Shown: positions 35,901 through 48,780 of the stretch, one piece after another
How the letters are laid out: each line of letters starts with the position of its first letter
Numbering within the stretch: the first letter of the stretch is position 1
Origin: Nemertoderma westbladi
Lineage: Eukaryota > Animalia > Xenacoelomorpha
Assembly: GCA_032718475.1 (NCBI GenBank)
Contig: JAUCBJ010000602.1
Coordinates: 11,707 to 75,706, forward strand
DNA: 64,000 nucleotides
Reading direction: 5' to 3'
Notes under the pieces: generated by a model
The model's database searches: none
The model's input: only the letters and a program-made list of their open reading frames with translations
Told to the model about the DNA's origin: nothing
Program-made: the position numbers and the translations under genes

Positions 35901-38656
35901 ACAGAATACTTCCTGTTGGAACTTAGTGTAACGTTTTATTTAACAGAATACTTCCGAGTTGAACTTAGTGTAACGTTTTATTTAACAGAATACTTCCGGG
36001 TTGAACTTAGTGTAACGTTTTATTTAACAGAATACTTCCGAGTTGAACTTAGTGTAACGTTTTATTTAACAGAATACTTCCGGGTTGAACTTAGTGTAAC
36101 GTTTTATTTAACAGAATACTTCCTGTTGGAACTTAGTGTAACGTTTTATTTAACAGAATACTTCCGAGTTGAACTTAGTGTAACGTTTTATTTAACAGAA
36201 TACTTCTGGGTTGGACTTAGTGTAACGTTTTATTTAACAGAATACTTCCTGTTGGAACTTAGTGTAACGTTTTATTTAACAGAATACTTCTGGGTTGAAC
36301 TTAGTGTAACGTTTTATTTAACAGAATACTTCCTGTTGGAACTTAGTGTAACGTTTTATTTAACAGAATACTTCCGAGTTGAACTTGTGTAACGTTTTAT
36401 TTAACAGAATACTTCTGGGTTGAACTTAGTGTAACGTTTTATTTAACAGAATACTTCCGGGTTGAACTTGTGTAACGTTTTATTTAACAGAATACTTCCG
36501 GGTTGAACTTAGTGTAACGTTTTATTTAACAGAATACTTCTGGGTTGAACTTAGTGTAACGTTTTATTTAACAGAATACTTCCGGGTTGAACTTGTGTAA
36601 CGTTTTATTCAACATAATACTTCCGAGTTGAACTTAGTGTAACGTTTTATTTAACAGAATACTTCTGGGTTGAACTTAGTGTAACGTTTTATTTAACAGA
36701 ATACTTCCGGGTTGAACTTAGTGAAACGTTTTATTTAACAGAATACTTCCTGTTGGAACTTAGTGTAACGTTTTATTTAACAGAATACTTCTGGGTTGAA
36801 CTTAGTGTAACGTTTTATTTAACAGAATACTTCCTGTTGGAACTTAGTGTAACGTTTTATTTAACAGAATACTTCCGAGTTGAACTTGTGTAACGTTTTA
36901 TTTAACAGAATACTTCTGGGTTGAACTTAGTGTAACGTTTTATTTAACAGAATACTTCCGGGTTGAACTTAGTGTAACGTTTTATTTAACAGAATACTTC
37001 TGGGTTGAACTTAGTGTAACGTTTTATTTAACAGAATACTTCCGGGTTGAACTTGTGTAACGTTTTATTCAACATAATACTTCCGAGTTGAACTTAGTGT
37101 AACGTTTTATTTAACAGAATACTTCTGGGTTGAACTTAGTGTAACGTTTTATTTAACAGAATACTTCCGGGTTGAACTTGTGTAACGTTTTATTTAACAG
37201 AATACTTCCGGGTTGAACTTGTGTAACGTTTTATTTAACAGAATACTTCTGGGTTGAACTTAGTGTAACGTTTTATTTAACAGAATACTTCCGGGTTGAA
37301 CTTGTGTAACGTTTTATTTAACAGAATACTTCCGGGTTGAACTTAGTGTAACGTTTTATTTAACAGAATACTTCTGGGTTGAACTTAGTGTAACGTTTTA
37401 TTTAACAGAATACTTCCGGGTTGAACTTGTGTAACGTTTTATTTAACAGAATACTTCCGGGTTGAACTTAGTGTAACGTTTTATTTAACAGAATACTTCT
37501 GGGTTGAACTTAGTGTAACGTTTTATTTAACAGAATACTTCCGGGTTGAACTTGTGTAACGTTTTATTCAACATAATACTTCCGAGTTGAACTTAGTGTA
37601 ACGTTTTATTTAACAGAATACTTCTGGGTTGAACTTAGTGTAACGTTTTATTTAACAGAATACTTCCGGGTTGAACTTAGTGAAACGTTTTATTTAACAG
37701 AATACTTCTGGGTTGAACTTAGTGTAACGTTTTATTTAACAGAATACTTCTGTGTTGAACTTAGTGTAACGTTTTATTTAACAGAATACTTCCGGGTTGA
37801 ACTTAGTGTAACGTTTTATTTAACAGAATACTTCTGGGTTGAACTTAGTGTAACGTTTTATTTAACAGAATACTTCTGGGTTGAACTTAGTGTAACGTTT
37901 TATTTAACAGAATACTTCTGGGTTGAACTTAGTGTAACGTTTTATTTAACAGAATACTTCTGGGTTGAACTTAGTGTAACGTTTTATTTAACAGAATACT
38001 TCTGGGTTGAACTTAGTGTAACGTTTTATTTAACAGAATACTTCTGGGTTGAACTTAGTGTAACGTTTTATTCAACAGAATACCTCCGGGTTGAACTTAG
38101 TGAAACGTTTTATTTAACAGAATACTTCTGGGTTGAACTTGTGTAACGTTTTATTTAACAGAATACTTCTGGGTTGAACTTAGTGTAACGTTTTATTTAA
38201 CAGAATACTTCCGAGTTGAACTTAGTGTAACGTTTTATTTAACAGAATACTTCCGGGTTGAACTTAGTGTAACGTTTTATTTAATAGAATACTTCCGGGT
38301 TGAACTTAGTGTAACGTTTTATTCAACAGAATACCTCCGGGTTGAACTTAGTGAAACGTTTTATTTAACAGAATACTTCTGGGTTGAACTTGTGTAACGT
38401 TTTATTTAACAGAATACTTCTGGGTTGAACTTAGTGTAACGTTTTATTTAACAGAATACTTCCGGGTTGAACTTGTGTAACGTTTTATTTAACAGAATAC
38501 TTCCGGGTTGAACTTGTGTAACGTTTTATTTAACAGAATACTTCTGGGTTGAACTTAGTGTAACGTTTTATTTAACAGAATACTTCCGGGTTGAACTTGT
38601 GTAACGTTTTATTTAACAGAATACTTCCGGGTTGAACTTAGTGTAACGTTTTATTT
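32980..38656 (+). repeat. 42/41-bp minisatellite (~135 units) downstream of the Dvl stop
   Basis: Unit ATTTAACAGAATACTTC(C/T)GGGTTGAACTT(A)GTGTAACGTTTT; AATAAA at 38713-38718 shortly after the array. Confidence 0.95.
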
Positions 38657-39562
38657 TTTGCTTATTTTTTTGTACATTGTTACATTGATGTTATTTCTAT
38701 GAATTTGAAATTAATAAATTAAACTATTATTTATTTCTACGATATTATTAATTTATTTAGTGTTCGAGTTGTATGACGAATTTAAACTTTTAAAATAGAA
38801 TGAGTTTACTATAAGATCAGCATTATTATAAGATATTATGATTTTGAGTATTATCGATTATAATGGTCCAATAGTTGATACTATTTGATTCACCATGATG
38901 GTGTTGGTACCGGTAATGTGTAGTGGATGCGAGCCACATGCCATGCGATACTTCAGCGGTCAGCGCAATAATTACAGGGACCATTTCGCTATTTGTCCAC
39001 TTATTTTCACAAAACTTTAATCATAAACTTTCTTGAATGTTTGTGTAGGTGTGCGTGCATACTTTGGTGTTTCTCTCGGTGCATACTTTGGTGTTCGTTA
39101 GGTGCATACCGGTACTTTTGGAAATAATACGTGCTAACAATTTTCCGACATTTATCACACTTATTTTCAATAATTAACAATTCACTTAACGTCTTATTCA
39201 ACATATCACATTCTAAAACTATTATATTTTTTGTGAGCAAAATAATGGTTTAATAAGATTTGCCACAAATTTCGTATCGTGCCCCAAGGAGATTTTGTTT
39301 CTCTATATGTAGTGCATGTGTTTTACTTAATTGGTGTTACTCACCGTGTCTGCGTCTATGGGTATGGAGTCATGGTTTTGGTGCGGTTTATTCTGTGTTT
39401 TTGGTTAAAAATATCAATAAAATAATTATTGCAGAAGTAGTGCCACTTGATAATAATGAATTTTCCGTATTGAAAAAATAGAAACTTGTTCCTCCGGACA
39501 TCCATTCCGTTCACGTCCATTGAATCTTCTGGTGTATCAGCAACTAATACTACCTCAAAAGT

Positions 39563-40875
39563 ATACTACCATAGTACCTGGTGCCTCGGCACTCAGTACT
39601 ACCATAGTACGTGGTGCCTCGGCACTGTACTACCATAGTACCTGGTGCCTCGGCATTCAGTACTACCATAGTACCTGGTGCCTCGGCACTCAGTACTACC
39701 ATAGTACGTGGTGCCTCGGCACTGTACTACCATAGTACCTGGTGCCTCGGCACTCAGTACTACCATAGTACGTGGTGCATCGGCACTGTACTACCATAGT
39801 ACCTGGTGCCTCGGCACTCAGTACTACCATAGTACGTGGTGCATCGGCACTGTACTACCATAGTACCTGGTGCCTCGGCACTCAGTACTACCATAGTACC
39901 TGGTGCCTCGGCACTCAGTACTGCCATAGTACCTGGTGCCTCGGCACTCAGTACTACCATAGTACCTGGTGCCTCGGCACTCAGTACTACCATAGTACCT
40001 GGTGCCTCGGCATTCAGTACTACCATAGTACCTGGTGCCTCGGCACTCAGTGCTGCCATAGTACCTGGTGCATCGACACTCAGTACTACCATAGTACCTG
40101 GTGCCTCGGCACTCAGCACTACCGTAGTACCTGGTGCATCGGCACTCAGTACTACCATGGTACCTGGTGCCTCGTCACTCAGTACTACCATAGTACCTGG
40201 TGTGGTGCCTCGACACTCAGTACTACCATAGTACCCGGTGCCTCGGCACTCAGTACTGCCATAGTACCTGGTGCATCGACACTGTACTACCATAGTACCT
40301 GGTGCCTCGGCACTCAGTACTACCATAGTACCTGGTGCCTCGGCACTCAGTACTGCCATAGTACCTGGTGCCTCGGCACTCAGTACTACCATAGTACCTG
40401 GTGCCTCGGCACTCAGTACTACCATAGTACCTGGTGCCTCGGCATTCAGTACTACCATAGTACCTGGTGCCTCGGCACTCAGTGCTGCCATAGTACCTGG
40501 TGCATCGACACTCAGTACTACCATAGTACCTGGTGCCTCGGCACTCAGCACTACCGTAGTACCTGGTGCATCGGCACTCAGTACTACCATGGTACCTGGT
40601 GCCTCGGCACTCAGTACTACCATAGTACCTGGTGTGGTGCCTCGGCACTCAGTACTACCATAGTATCTGGTGTGGTGCCTCGGCACTCAGTACTACTATA
40701 GTACCTGGTGCCTCGGCACTCAGTACTACCATAGTACCTGGTGCCTCGGCACTCAGTACTACCATAGTACCTGGTGCCTCGGCACTCAGTACTGCCATAG
40801 TACCTGGTGCCTCGGCACTCAGTACTACCATAGTACCTGGTGCCTCGGCACTCAGTACTACCATAGTACCTGGTG
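39563..40875. repeat. 33-bp minisatellite (~40 units)
   Basis: Unit CAGTACTACCATAGTACCTGGTGCCTCGGCACT with an internal hairpin GTGCC-TC-GGCAC. Confidence 0.93.
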
Positions 40876-41483
40876 CTGGGTAGTACCTGGTGCTGGGTAG
40901 TACCTGGTGCTGGGTAGTACCTGAGGCCAGGTAGTACCTGAGGCCAGGTTGCACCTGAGGCCAGGTATTACCTGAGGCCAGGTAGTACCTGAGGCCAGGT
41001 AGTACCTGAGGCCATGTAGTACCTGATGCCAGGTAGTACCTGTGGCCAGGTAGTACCTGGTGCTGGGTAGTACCTGGTACGAGGTAGTACCTGGTGCCAG
41101 GTAGTACCTGGTGCCAGGTAGTACCTGAGGCCAGGTAGTACCTGAGGCCAGGTAGTACCTGAGGCCAGGTAGCACCTGAGGCCAGGTATTACCTGAGGCC
41201 AGGTAGTACCTGAGGCCAGGTAGTACCTGAGGCCAGGTAGTACCTGGTGCCGGGTAGTACCTGGTGCCGGGTAGTACCTGGCGCCAGGTAGTACCTGAGG
41301 CCAGGTAGTACCTGGTGCCGTCTAGTACCTGGTGCCAGGTAGTACCTGGTGCCAGGTAGTACCTGGTGCTGCGTAGTACCTGGTACGGGGTAGTACCTGG
41401 TGCCGGGTAGTACCTGGTGCCTGGTAGTACCTGGTGCCGGTAGTACTAGTACCTTGTACGGTACATGTAGTACCTGGTGCCGG
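40862..41483. repeat. 18-bp minisatellite (~34 units) related to the adjacent 33-bp unit
   Basis: Units GTAGTACCTGGTGCCAGG / GTAGTACCTGAGGCCAGG share TAGTACCTGGTGC with the 33-mer. Confidence 0.9.
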
Positions 41484-41802
41484 GTAAATGAAGCCAAATA
41501 CAGTAGTAACTGCAACAGTCAACAGTTTATATGTAAATAAATCTGGTATGGAATTTTTTTTGGAGGGGGGGGGGGGGGGGGGTCGACTTTATAGTTTTGT
41601 GCGGTTTTAAACGAATAAAAGAGAAGACTAAATGACAGAACGTCATCTCATGGTACTAAGATATAGTTGATATATTATTTCAATAATTGTGATCGCAATT
41701 GTGTTAATTGTGTTAATGTTGATAATAAATATGGACCTAATACCGATGAAATATAAAGTGGAAGTTTAGCAAAACGTTTGGCAGAAAATAAATCTCATCC
41801 AT

Positions 41803-42238
41803 CTAACATGCGTCGTCGTCGGAAGATGAGCCTTTGGAGAACATGTAAAATGGCGGACCCAAACCGTAAAACTGACGGAAGTCTGACGGAAGGCCGCTTC
41901 CGGTGGATAGACTGCTCAGTGACTCGTTCAGTCTATTAGTTCCTTCGTCTCTAAACATCCGGACCTGATCGGGATCAGTATCAGCTAGGTTTACATCATC
42001 CACGTACTTATGAATCACCTCGGAGTCCAATGAGGTAACGTCATTAGTGGGTTCAGTAGATACGCTCTCTATATCAATTGAGTCAGTGGGTATAGGTATA
42101 ACTCTTGTCTTTAGTTTGTTTACCGGGTATGATTGTCCTGGGGATGTGATTGGTTTCTCGTATGGTCGCATTAACGCGGTCTCACGTGTCGGAACTAACG
42201 CCAACTGAAGGGGCGTCTCGTCACTTAACTTTTCTAGC
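41803..42238 (-). CDS. Terminal exon of an uncharacterised minus-strand gene
   Basis: Acceptor atattttAG at 42240-42239; the phase-2 join AG|G with the upstream exon gives RLEKLSDETPLQLALVP..., in frame with ORF 41803..42204. Confidence 0.7.
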
Positions 42239-42571
42239 CTAAAATATAATATATCAGTATTTATTTCGTGTAAAATAAAATATTATGTTCATTACTAAAG
42301 GTAGGGAAAGATAATTCCGGACGTAATTTGTTAAGGACAAAATATTTATGTTCTTGAGAGCGATGATGCAGAAATCAACATACGATTAAAATTATCAGAT
42401 ATTGAGAGAATGCTACAAGCAATTGCATAACTTGATGACTTTAAAATAATGATAATATTACAACAAGTAAATAAAATAATTAGTTAATGAATTATATTAT
42501 ATTGAAAAATTATCGGTATTAAATTTAATAAAAAAAATAAAATTTAAGTATTATAATGTGGCATCATCTAC

Positions 42572-44340
42572 CTGAGAATCGTAGTGTCACTGTCCGAATC
42601 AGCAGCCAAGTTGTCTATTGCATTGTGTCTAAGATCCGCAATAAATCCGTCGGAGGTACGCCGTGAGTCTCCAACATATCTGAGGTCTGTACAGAGATCT
42701 ATTTCAGGGTGACTTGGCGAGCGAGATTGGGATCCAGTGTGGGGGGTAGTTGCTACTCTCAACAAAGGCAAGGCTCGTTGCATCGGCGTGCTGATGTCGA
42801 TGGTTTCTTGACGAAGGTCTGGGGCTACCACGGTGTTAGACACTAACATACCTCTAGGCGCCACCATACCTCCAGGCACTCTCGTATCATCATCTTTAAG
42901 TGTCTCTTCAGACAATATAGACCCTTCGGAGATATCCGAAACGCTCTCTTCGTCACCCCAAATAATGTCCGCTTTACAAGAACTGCTGCCACTGTCCGGG
43001 TTATCAAACGCTCGTCTGTTTCGATCCAAAGCGGATTGGTTTCCCGGAATACCGAATGAACGTCCCCCGTATCGAATGTCGTCTTCATTATTTGACACTT
43101 CCATCATCCGAGGTCCCGTCACATGTATGTTCCTCACGTACCGAGTAGGTATGTCATAAGGTGACGGACCTTCGGGGTCGTAGTATCGATTCAATGCTTC
43201 ATTTGGGTAGCGGTACGATGTTTCAATAGGGTACGCTGTTTCATTAGGGTACGATGTTTCATTAGGGTACGATGTTTCATTAGGGTACGCTGTTTCATTA
43301 GGGTACGATGTTTCATTAGGGTACGCTGTTTCATTAGGGTACGCTGTTTCATTAGGGTACGATGTTTCATTGGGGTACGATGTTTCATTAGGGTACGCTG
43401 TCTCAATAGGGTACGCAGTTTCATTAGGGTACGATGTTTCATTAGGGTACGATGTTTCATTAGGGTACGCTGTTTCATTAGGGTACGATGTTTCATTAGG
43501 GTACGATGTTTCATTGGGGTACGATGTTTCATTAGGGTACGCGGTCTCAATAGGGTACGCAGTTTCATTAGGGTACGATGTTTCATTGGGGTACGATGTT
43601 TCATTAGGGTACGCTGTCTCAATAGGGTACGCAGTTTCATTAGGGTACGATGTTTCATTAGGGTACGCTGTTTCAATAGGGTACTCTGTTTCATTAGGGT
43701 ACGCTGTTTCATTAGGGTACGCTGTTTCATTAGGGTACGCTGTTTCATTATGGTACGATGTTTCATTAGGGTACGCTGTTTCATTAGGGTACGATGTTTC
43801 TTTAGGGTACGCTGTTTCATTAGGGTACGATGTTTCGTTTGCGTTATACTCTGACCAATGCGAGTGAGTTTGCGATCTATACCCACCGTTGACCCGAAAT
43901 GGTTTACGTTCTGGAATTGGAGGCGGCCTATCTTCCCCCACGGTTTCTATATCCACGTTACAATAGTGATTGTCGGTGTTGGATACATTGAACCCGCGGT
44001 TGACCATCCCGTTGAGCAGTCTGTCGTGATTTAACGATACATCTTCCTCGCTGGTGAAAGATGATGTCCCGAGGTTGTTATGGAAACCTACGTTACCAAA
44101 CTTGGCGGGGTTGTTATATTTATAGTCCAAGCTAACCATTGGATGAATTAGACCGACATTGAGGGTCATAGGGAATGAGTTTCCTTGAGGATCAGTAGAT
44201 TTAGATCGTAAATCTTCTTGTAATATTGTCATTGGATGGGCATCGGGTCTCTTATTCGTTAATGTTCTTTCACAGTTTCCTTTTTCGCTTCGCATTGCGG
44301 AATAAATAAATTCGCGATCTCCAGAATCCAACCCCGGACC
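42572..44340 (-). CDS. Large internal exon of an uncharacterised, probably disordered protein with a (YPNET[S/A])n repeat
   Basis: Acceptor tgttttttAG at 44342-44341 and donor GTAGAT at 42571; ~590 open codons, about two thirds non-repetitive; no domain recognised. Confidence 0.72.
43210..43840 (-). repeat. 18-bp coding tandem repeat (~35 units) encoding YPNET[S/A]
   Basis: Plus-strand unit GGGTACG(A/C)TGTTTCATTA; frame maintained throughout. Confidence 0.9.
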
Positions 44341-45251
44341 CTAAAAAACAATTCCTCGTGCTAATCTATATCTATAGAGGTTTGTTAAATAATTATATCA
44401 GTCAGTTTCAATTATTGTATGCCCAACGTGAATTGAGTCAGAAAACATATTACCTTTACCAATAGACCTACAGTACAGTAACTGTTCGTAACGTGTCACA
44501 CAGCAGACGTACCATATCCGACTGTTAAACCATTAAAAAACAGTTGAAACTATTTTACATTCATTGATTCAAGTCCCCCGGGCTAGTTATAAACCCTCGG
44601 CTCCTCGAGTAACAATGTTTAAGTCTAACAGTTTATGTCATGTGTACCGCTTTATGTCATGTGTACCACTTTATGTCATGTGTACCACTTTATGTCATGT
44701 GTACCACTTTATGATATCTATAACTCTATGAAACGGGTGATGAGTGCGGGACACCCCCCCCCCCCCCCCCCCCCCACCCGACACTCTTATGATCTGAACC
44801 AAACCATCCGATCCCAATAATACAAATTATATTTTATGCTCTCCGTAGCAACAAGAACTCATTATACGAAGATCATTTAAGAAAATATTTGTTATAAGTT
44901 GTGTTATAATAATAACAAAGTAAATTTTTACATGACGCACATTATGTTAAAATTATATTGTTGACTAAAATGACAATTTCTTAAAGTTTATCTTTCTATT
45001 GGCAACTTCGACTCCAATAATTCGCTACGTATAAACGACAGTTTGAATTGCTCAAGACATTTCCGCGTAACCTCATTATTACATAGTAACAGTATAATCC
45101 AATTGTAATTCCTCCCGTTCCGAAATCCAATACAATAATATAGTAGATTGTAAGGAATGTTGGACTTTTCAGTTTCTTATAATAGGCAAATATTGTACAA
45201 TGTATAGGTTGTTAATTAATAACGTTTTAGTTATTATAGCCGCACTAATTA

Positions 45252-45460
45252 CACGATACTGTAACACATTCGTGTTGGCTGCTTCCCTCCAGTGGCAACC
45301 TCTATCTCCACACTGTCGTTAGAGACCCGATTTTTATAAACAACTGCTCCTAGCGAGATAGACGGTCTCCGCTCGTTTTCTGTATCATGGACACCAATAT
45401 CTCGAGATAATTCCATATTACTACCTCTTTCGTCGCGAGATACCGGACGCACCAACGGTA
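45252..45460 (-). CDS. Possible upstream exon of the same minus-strand gene
   Basis: GC-richer open stretch (VRPVSRDERGSNMELSRD...) preceded by a tttttattAG-type acceptor; the donor and phase connection were not resolved. Confidence 0.4.
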
Positions 45461-46166
45461 ACTAATAAAAACAGATACTGTGTGAGAAAATATAAACTAA
45501 ATTAATAATTAAAAGGTTAAGTTTTTAATGGAAATAGATAATTATGTATAATACAGAGAGACACACAGACAGACTTCTATATATAGTTCCTCTGTCAGCT
45601 GCTATAGGGTCGAATAACTACAGTAGGTCGTCTAACTTACGCCTACGGCTACGGCTACGCAAAGGCTTATCTGGTGAAATAATATAATCTATATAAAATT
45701 ATTATTATCATTACATTATTATTATATTCAGTATAACATTATTTATGGGTAAAAACTCAAAGTACAAACGTACTCCAAAAAACCATTGACACCATTCGAA
45801 AAAGCCGGGCTATTTAATTCCACACACCCTTTGAATTCTACATGAATGTTCATTGAGAATAATATGAAAATAATTAAGTAAGATTTTAATTGCAATATAA
45901 AAACGTCCCCACAGTCTAGCAGAATCAAGCTAATTAGGTCTAGCGGTACTTCAAAGGGCTGTTAAAACCTCGGAAATAGTTAGCAAAATTAATTAATATA
46001 AATTATCTATATGGTAATAATTTCGTTATTGCTTTTCTTCATTTCATTGATAATTCGATTTATTGACTCGGTATTCACGGCCTGTGCTCTATAATATTAC
46101 AATAATATATATTTTAGAAGCGAATAAATAACTACAATATTTGATGATTTGACACGGACTCACACG

Positions 46167-47982
46167 ACCCCCACTCCCTGGTCAGCCACAGAAATATAGC
46201 CCCCACTCCCTGGTCAGCCACATAATCATAGCCCCCACTCCCTGGTCAGCCACATAAATATAGCCCCCACTCCCTGGTCAGCCACATAAATATAGCCCCC
46301 ACTCCCTGGTCAGCCACATAAATATAGCCCCCACTCCCTGGTCAGCCACAGAAATATAGCCCCCACTCCCTGGTCAGCCACAGAAATATAGCCCCCACAC
46401 TCTGGTCAGCCACAGTAATATATATAGCCTCCACTCCCTGGTCAGCCACATAAATATAGCCCCCACTCCCTGGTCAGCCACAGAAATATAGCCCCCACTC
46501 CCTGGTCAGCCACAGAAATATAGCCCCCACTCCCTGGTCAGCCACAGAAATATAGCCCCCACTCCCAAATCAGCCACAGAAATATAGCCCCCACTCCCTA
46601 GTCAGCGACAAAAATATAGCCCCCACTCCCTGGTCAGCCCATAAATATAGCCCCCACTCCCTGGTCAGCCACAGTAATATAGCCCCCACTCCCTGGTCAG
46701 TCACAGAAATATAGCCCCCACTCCCTAGTCAGCCACAGAAATATAGCACCCACTCCCTAGTCAGCCACAAATATATAGCCTCCACTCCCTGGTCAGCCAC
46801 ATGAATATAGCCCCCACTCCCTGGTCAGCCACAGAAATATAGCCCCCACTCCCTGGTCAGCCACATAATCATAGCCCCCACTCCCTGGTCAGCCACATAA
46901 ATATAGCCCCCACTCCCTGGTCAGCCACATAAATATAGCCCCCACTCCCTGGTCAGCCACATAAATATAGCCCCCACTCCCTGGTCAGCCACAGAAATAT
47001 AGCCCCCACTCCCTGGTCAGCCACAGAAATATAGCCCCCACACTCTGGTCAGCCACAGTAATATATATAGCCTCCACTCCCTGGTCAGCCACATAAATAT
47101 AGCCCCCACTCCCTGGTCAGCCACAGAAATATAGCCCCCACTCCCTGGTCAGCCACAGAAATATAGCCCCCACTCCCTGGTCAGCCACAGAAATATAGCC
47201 CCCACTCCCAAATCAGCCACAGAAATATAGCCCCCACTCCCTAGTCAGCGACAAAAATATAGCCCCCACTCCCTGGTCAGCCCATAAATATAGCCCCCAC
47301 TCCCTGGTCAGCCACAGTAATATAGCCCCCACTCCCTGGTCAGTCACAGAAATATAGCCCCCACTCCCTAGTCAGCCACAGAAATATAGCACCCACTCCC
47401 TAGTCAGCCACAAATATATAGCCTCCACTCCCTGGTCAGCCACATGAATATAGCCCCCACTCCCTGGTCAGCCACAGAAATATAGCCCCCACTCCCTGGT
47501 CAGCCACAGAAATATAGCCCCCACTCCCTGGTCAGCCACAGAAATATAGCCCCCACTCCCTAGTCAGCCACAGAAATATAGCCCCCACTCCCTGGTCAGC
47601 CAATAAATATAGCCCCCACTCCCTGGTCAGCCACAGAAATATAGCCCCCACTCTCTGGTCAGCCACAGTAATATAGCCTCCACTCCCTGGTCAGCCACAG
47701 AAATATAGCCCCCACTCCCTGGTCAGCCACAGAAATATATCCCTCACTCCCTGGTCAGCCACAGAAATATAGCCCCCACTCCATGGTAAGCCACAGAAAT
47801 ATAGCCCCCACTCCCTGGTCAGCCACAGAAATATATCCCTCACTCCCTGGTCAGCCACAGAAATATAGCCCCCACTCCCTGGTCAGCCACAGAAATATAT
47901 CCCCCACTCCATGGTCAGCCACAGAAATAGCCCCTACTCCCTAGTCAGCCACATAAATATAGCCCCCACTCCCTCAGGTCAG
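46167..47982. repeat. 32-bp minisatellite (~56 units) with an internal ~643-bp higher-order duplication
   Basis: Unit CCCCCACTCCCTGGTCAGCCACAGAAATATAG; the variant 'cataatcata' recurs at 46221 and 46864, followed by the same series of variants. Confidence 0.92.
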
Positions 47983-48039
47983 CAAAAATGATCATTAATT
48001 AATACTGTATTTTGCATATTAATAACATATGGGTGTAAT

Positions 48040-48780
48040 AACTATTTACATCATTGTGTGCAAAGTAGCACTTTGCAGCGTTATGACCCGAGTTTATTTA
48101 TGTACCGAGCGAGCGCAGCGAGGGAGGTTCACATAAATAAACAAGGGTCTTTAACGCTGAAAAGTGACCTTCGCACACAATGATGTATGTAATTTTGTTA
48201 CATTATGTCAACTTATCAGCGTTCGGTATGTGAAGAAAGGATTTTATGGAAACTCATTTATACATTTTAATAATGTACTATATCGATCGAATAGGCCTAT
48301 AAGTGAAATTTATTAACAGGTACACAGTGCAGTATTAATTATATATTTAAATCTAATTAAAGTTATTGGAAGTTTTCTCCTGCATGGATGTGATAAATCA
48401 TTAATCCAGCTTGACTATAATTGACTGAAGCAAACTTATTCACCGTCTGTGTCCGTTCAGTTTTACTGAACACTGTCGGCATTTCCTTAGGTCATTTTCT
48501 CTAAAGTGTTTATATTGGGTGTTTCGGCATAATGGAATAGGTACAGTATACACGTTAAACAATTATTTACATACAGAAGCTAGTCCCGTCACTGCAAACT
48601 GGATAATAAAGCAGCACTGATTAATATAAATGGAAATAATACATTCTGGAATACGGTAATTTAAGTTGTTTCCTTGCAGCGTTCCGTCCTATAGGCCGCA
48701 ACGCTGCAAAGTAGTACTTTGCAGCGTTACGAGTTTAGTTCACCAGAACGCTGTTAAGTTGACATAATGTAACAAAAAAT
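48040..48780. mobile_element. Putative non-autonomous fold-back element with multiple inverted repeats
   Basis: 30-bp IR at 48195-48224 / 48746-48775 (1 mismatch); 15-bp IR at 48047-48061 / 48173-48187; hairpin TGCAAAGTAG(C/T)ACTTTGCA present twice. Confidence 0.55.

Noticed and set aside
1-38656. CRISPR-like arrays
   Set aside because: The units are head-to-tail with no unique spacers, there are no cas genes, and the context is a spliced eukaryotic gene.
44454-44521. Small minus-strand exon linking 45.3 kb to 44340
   Set aside because: It has AG/GT ends, but its only open frame exits in phase 1, whereas the 44340 exon needs phase 0.
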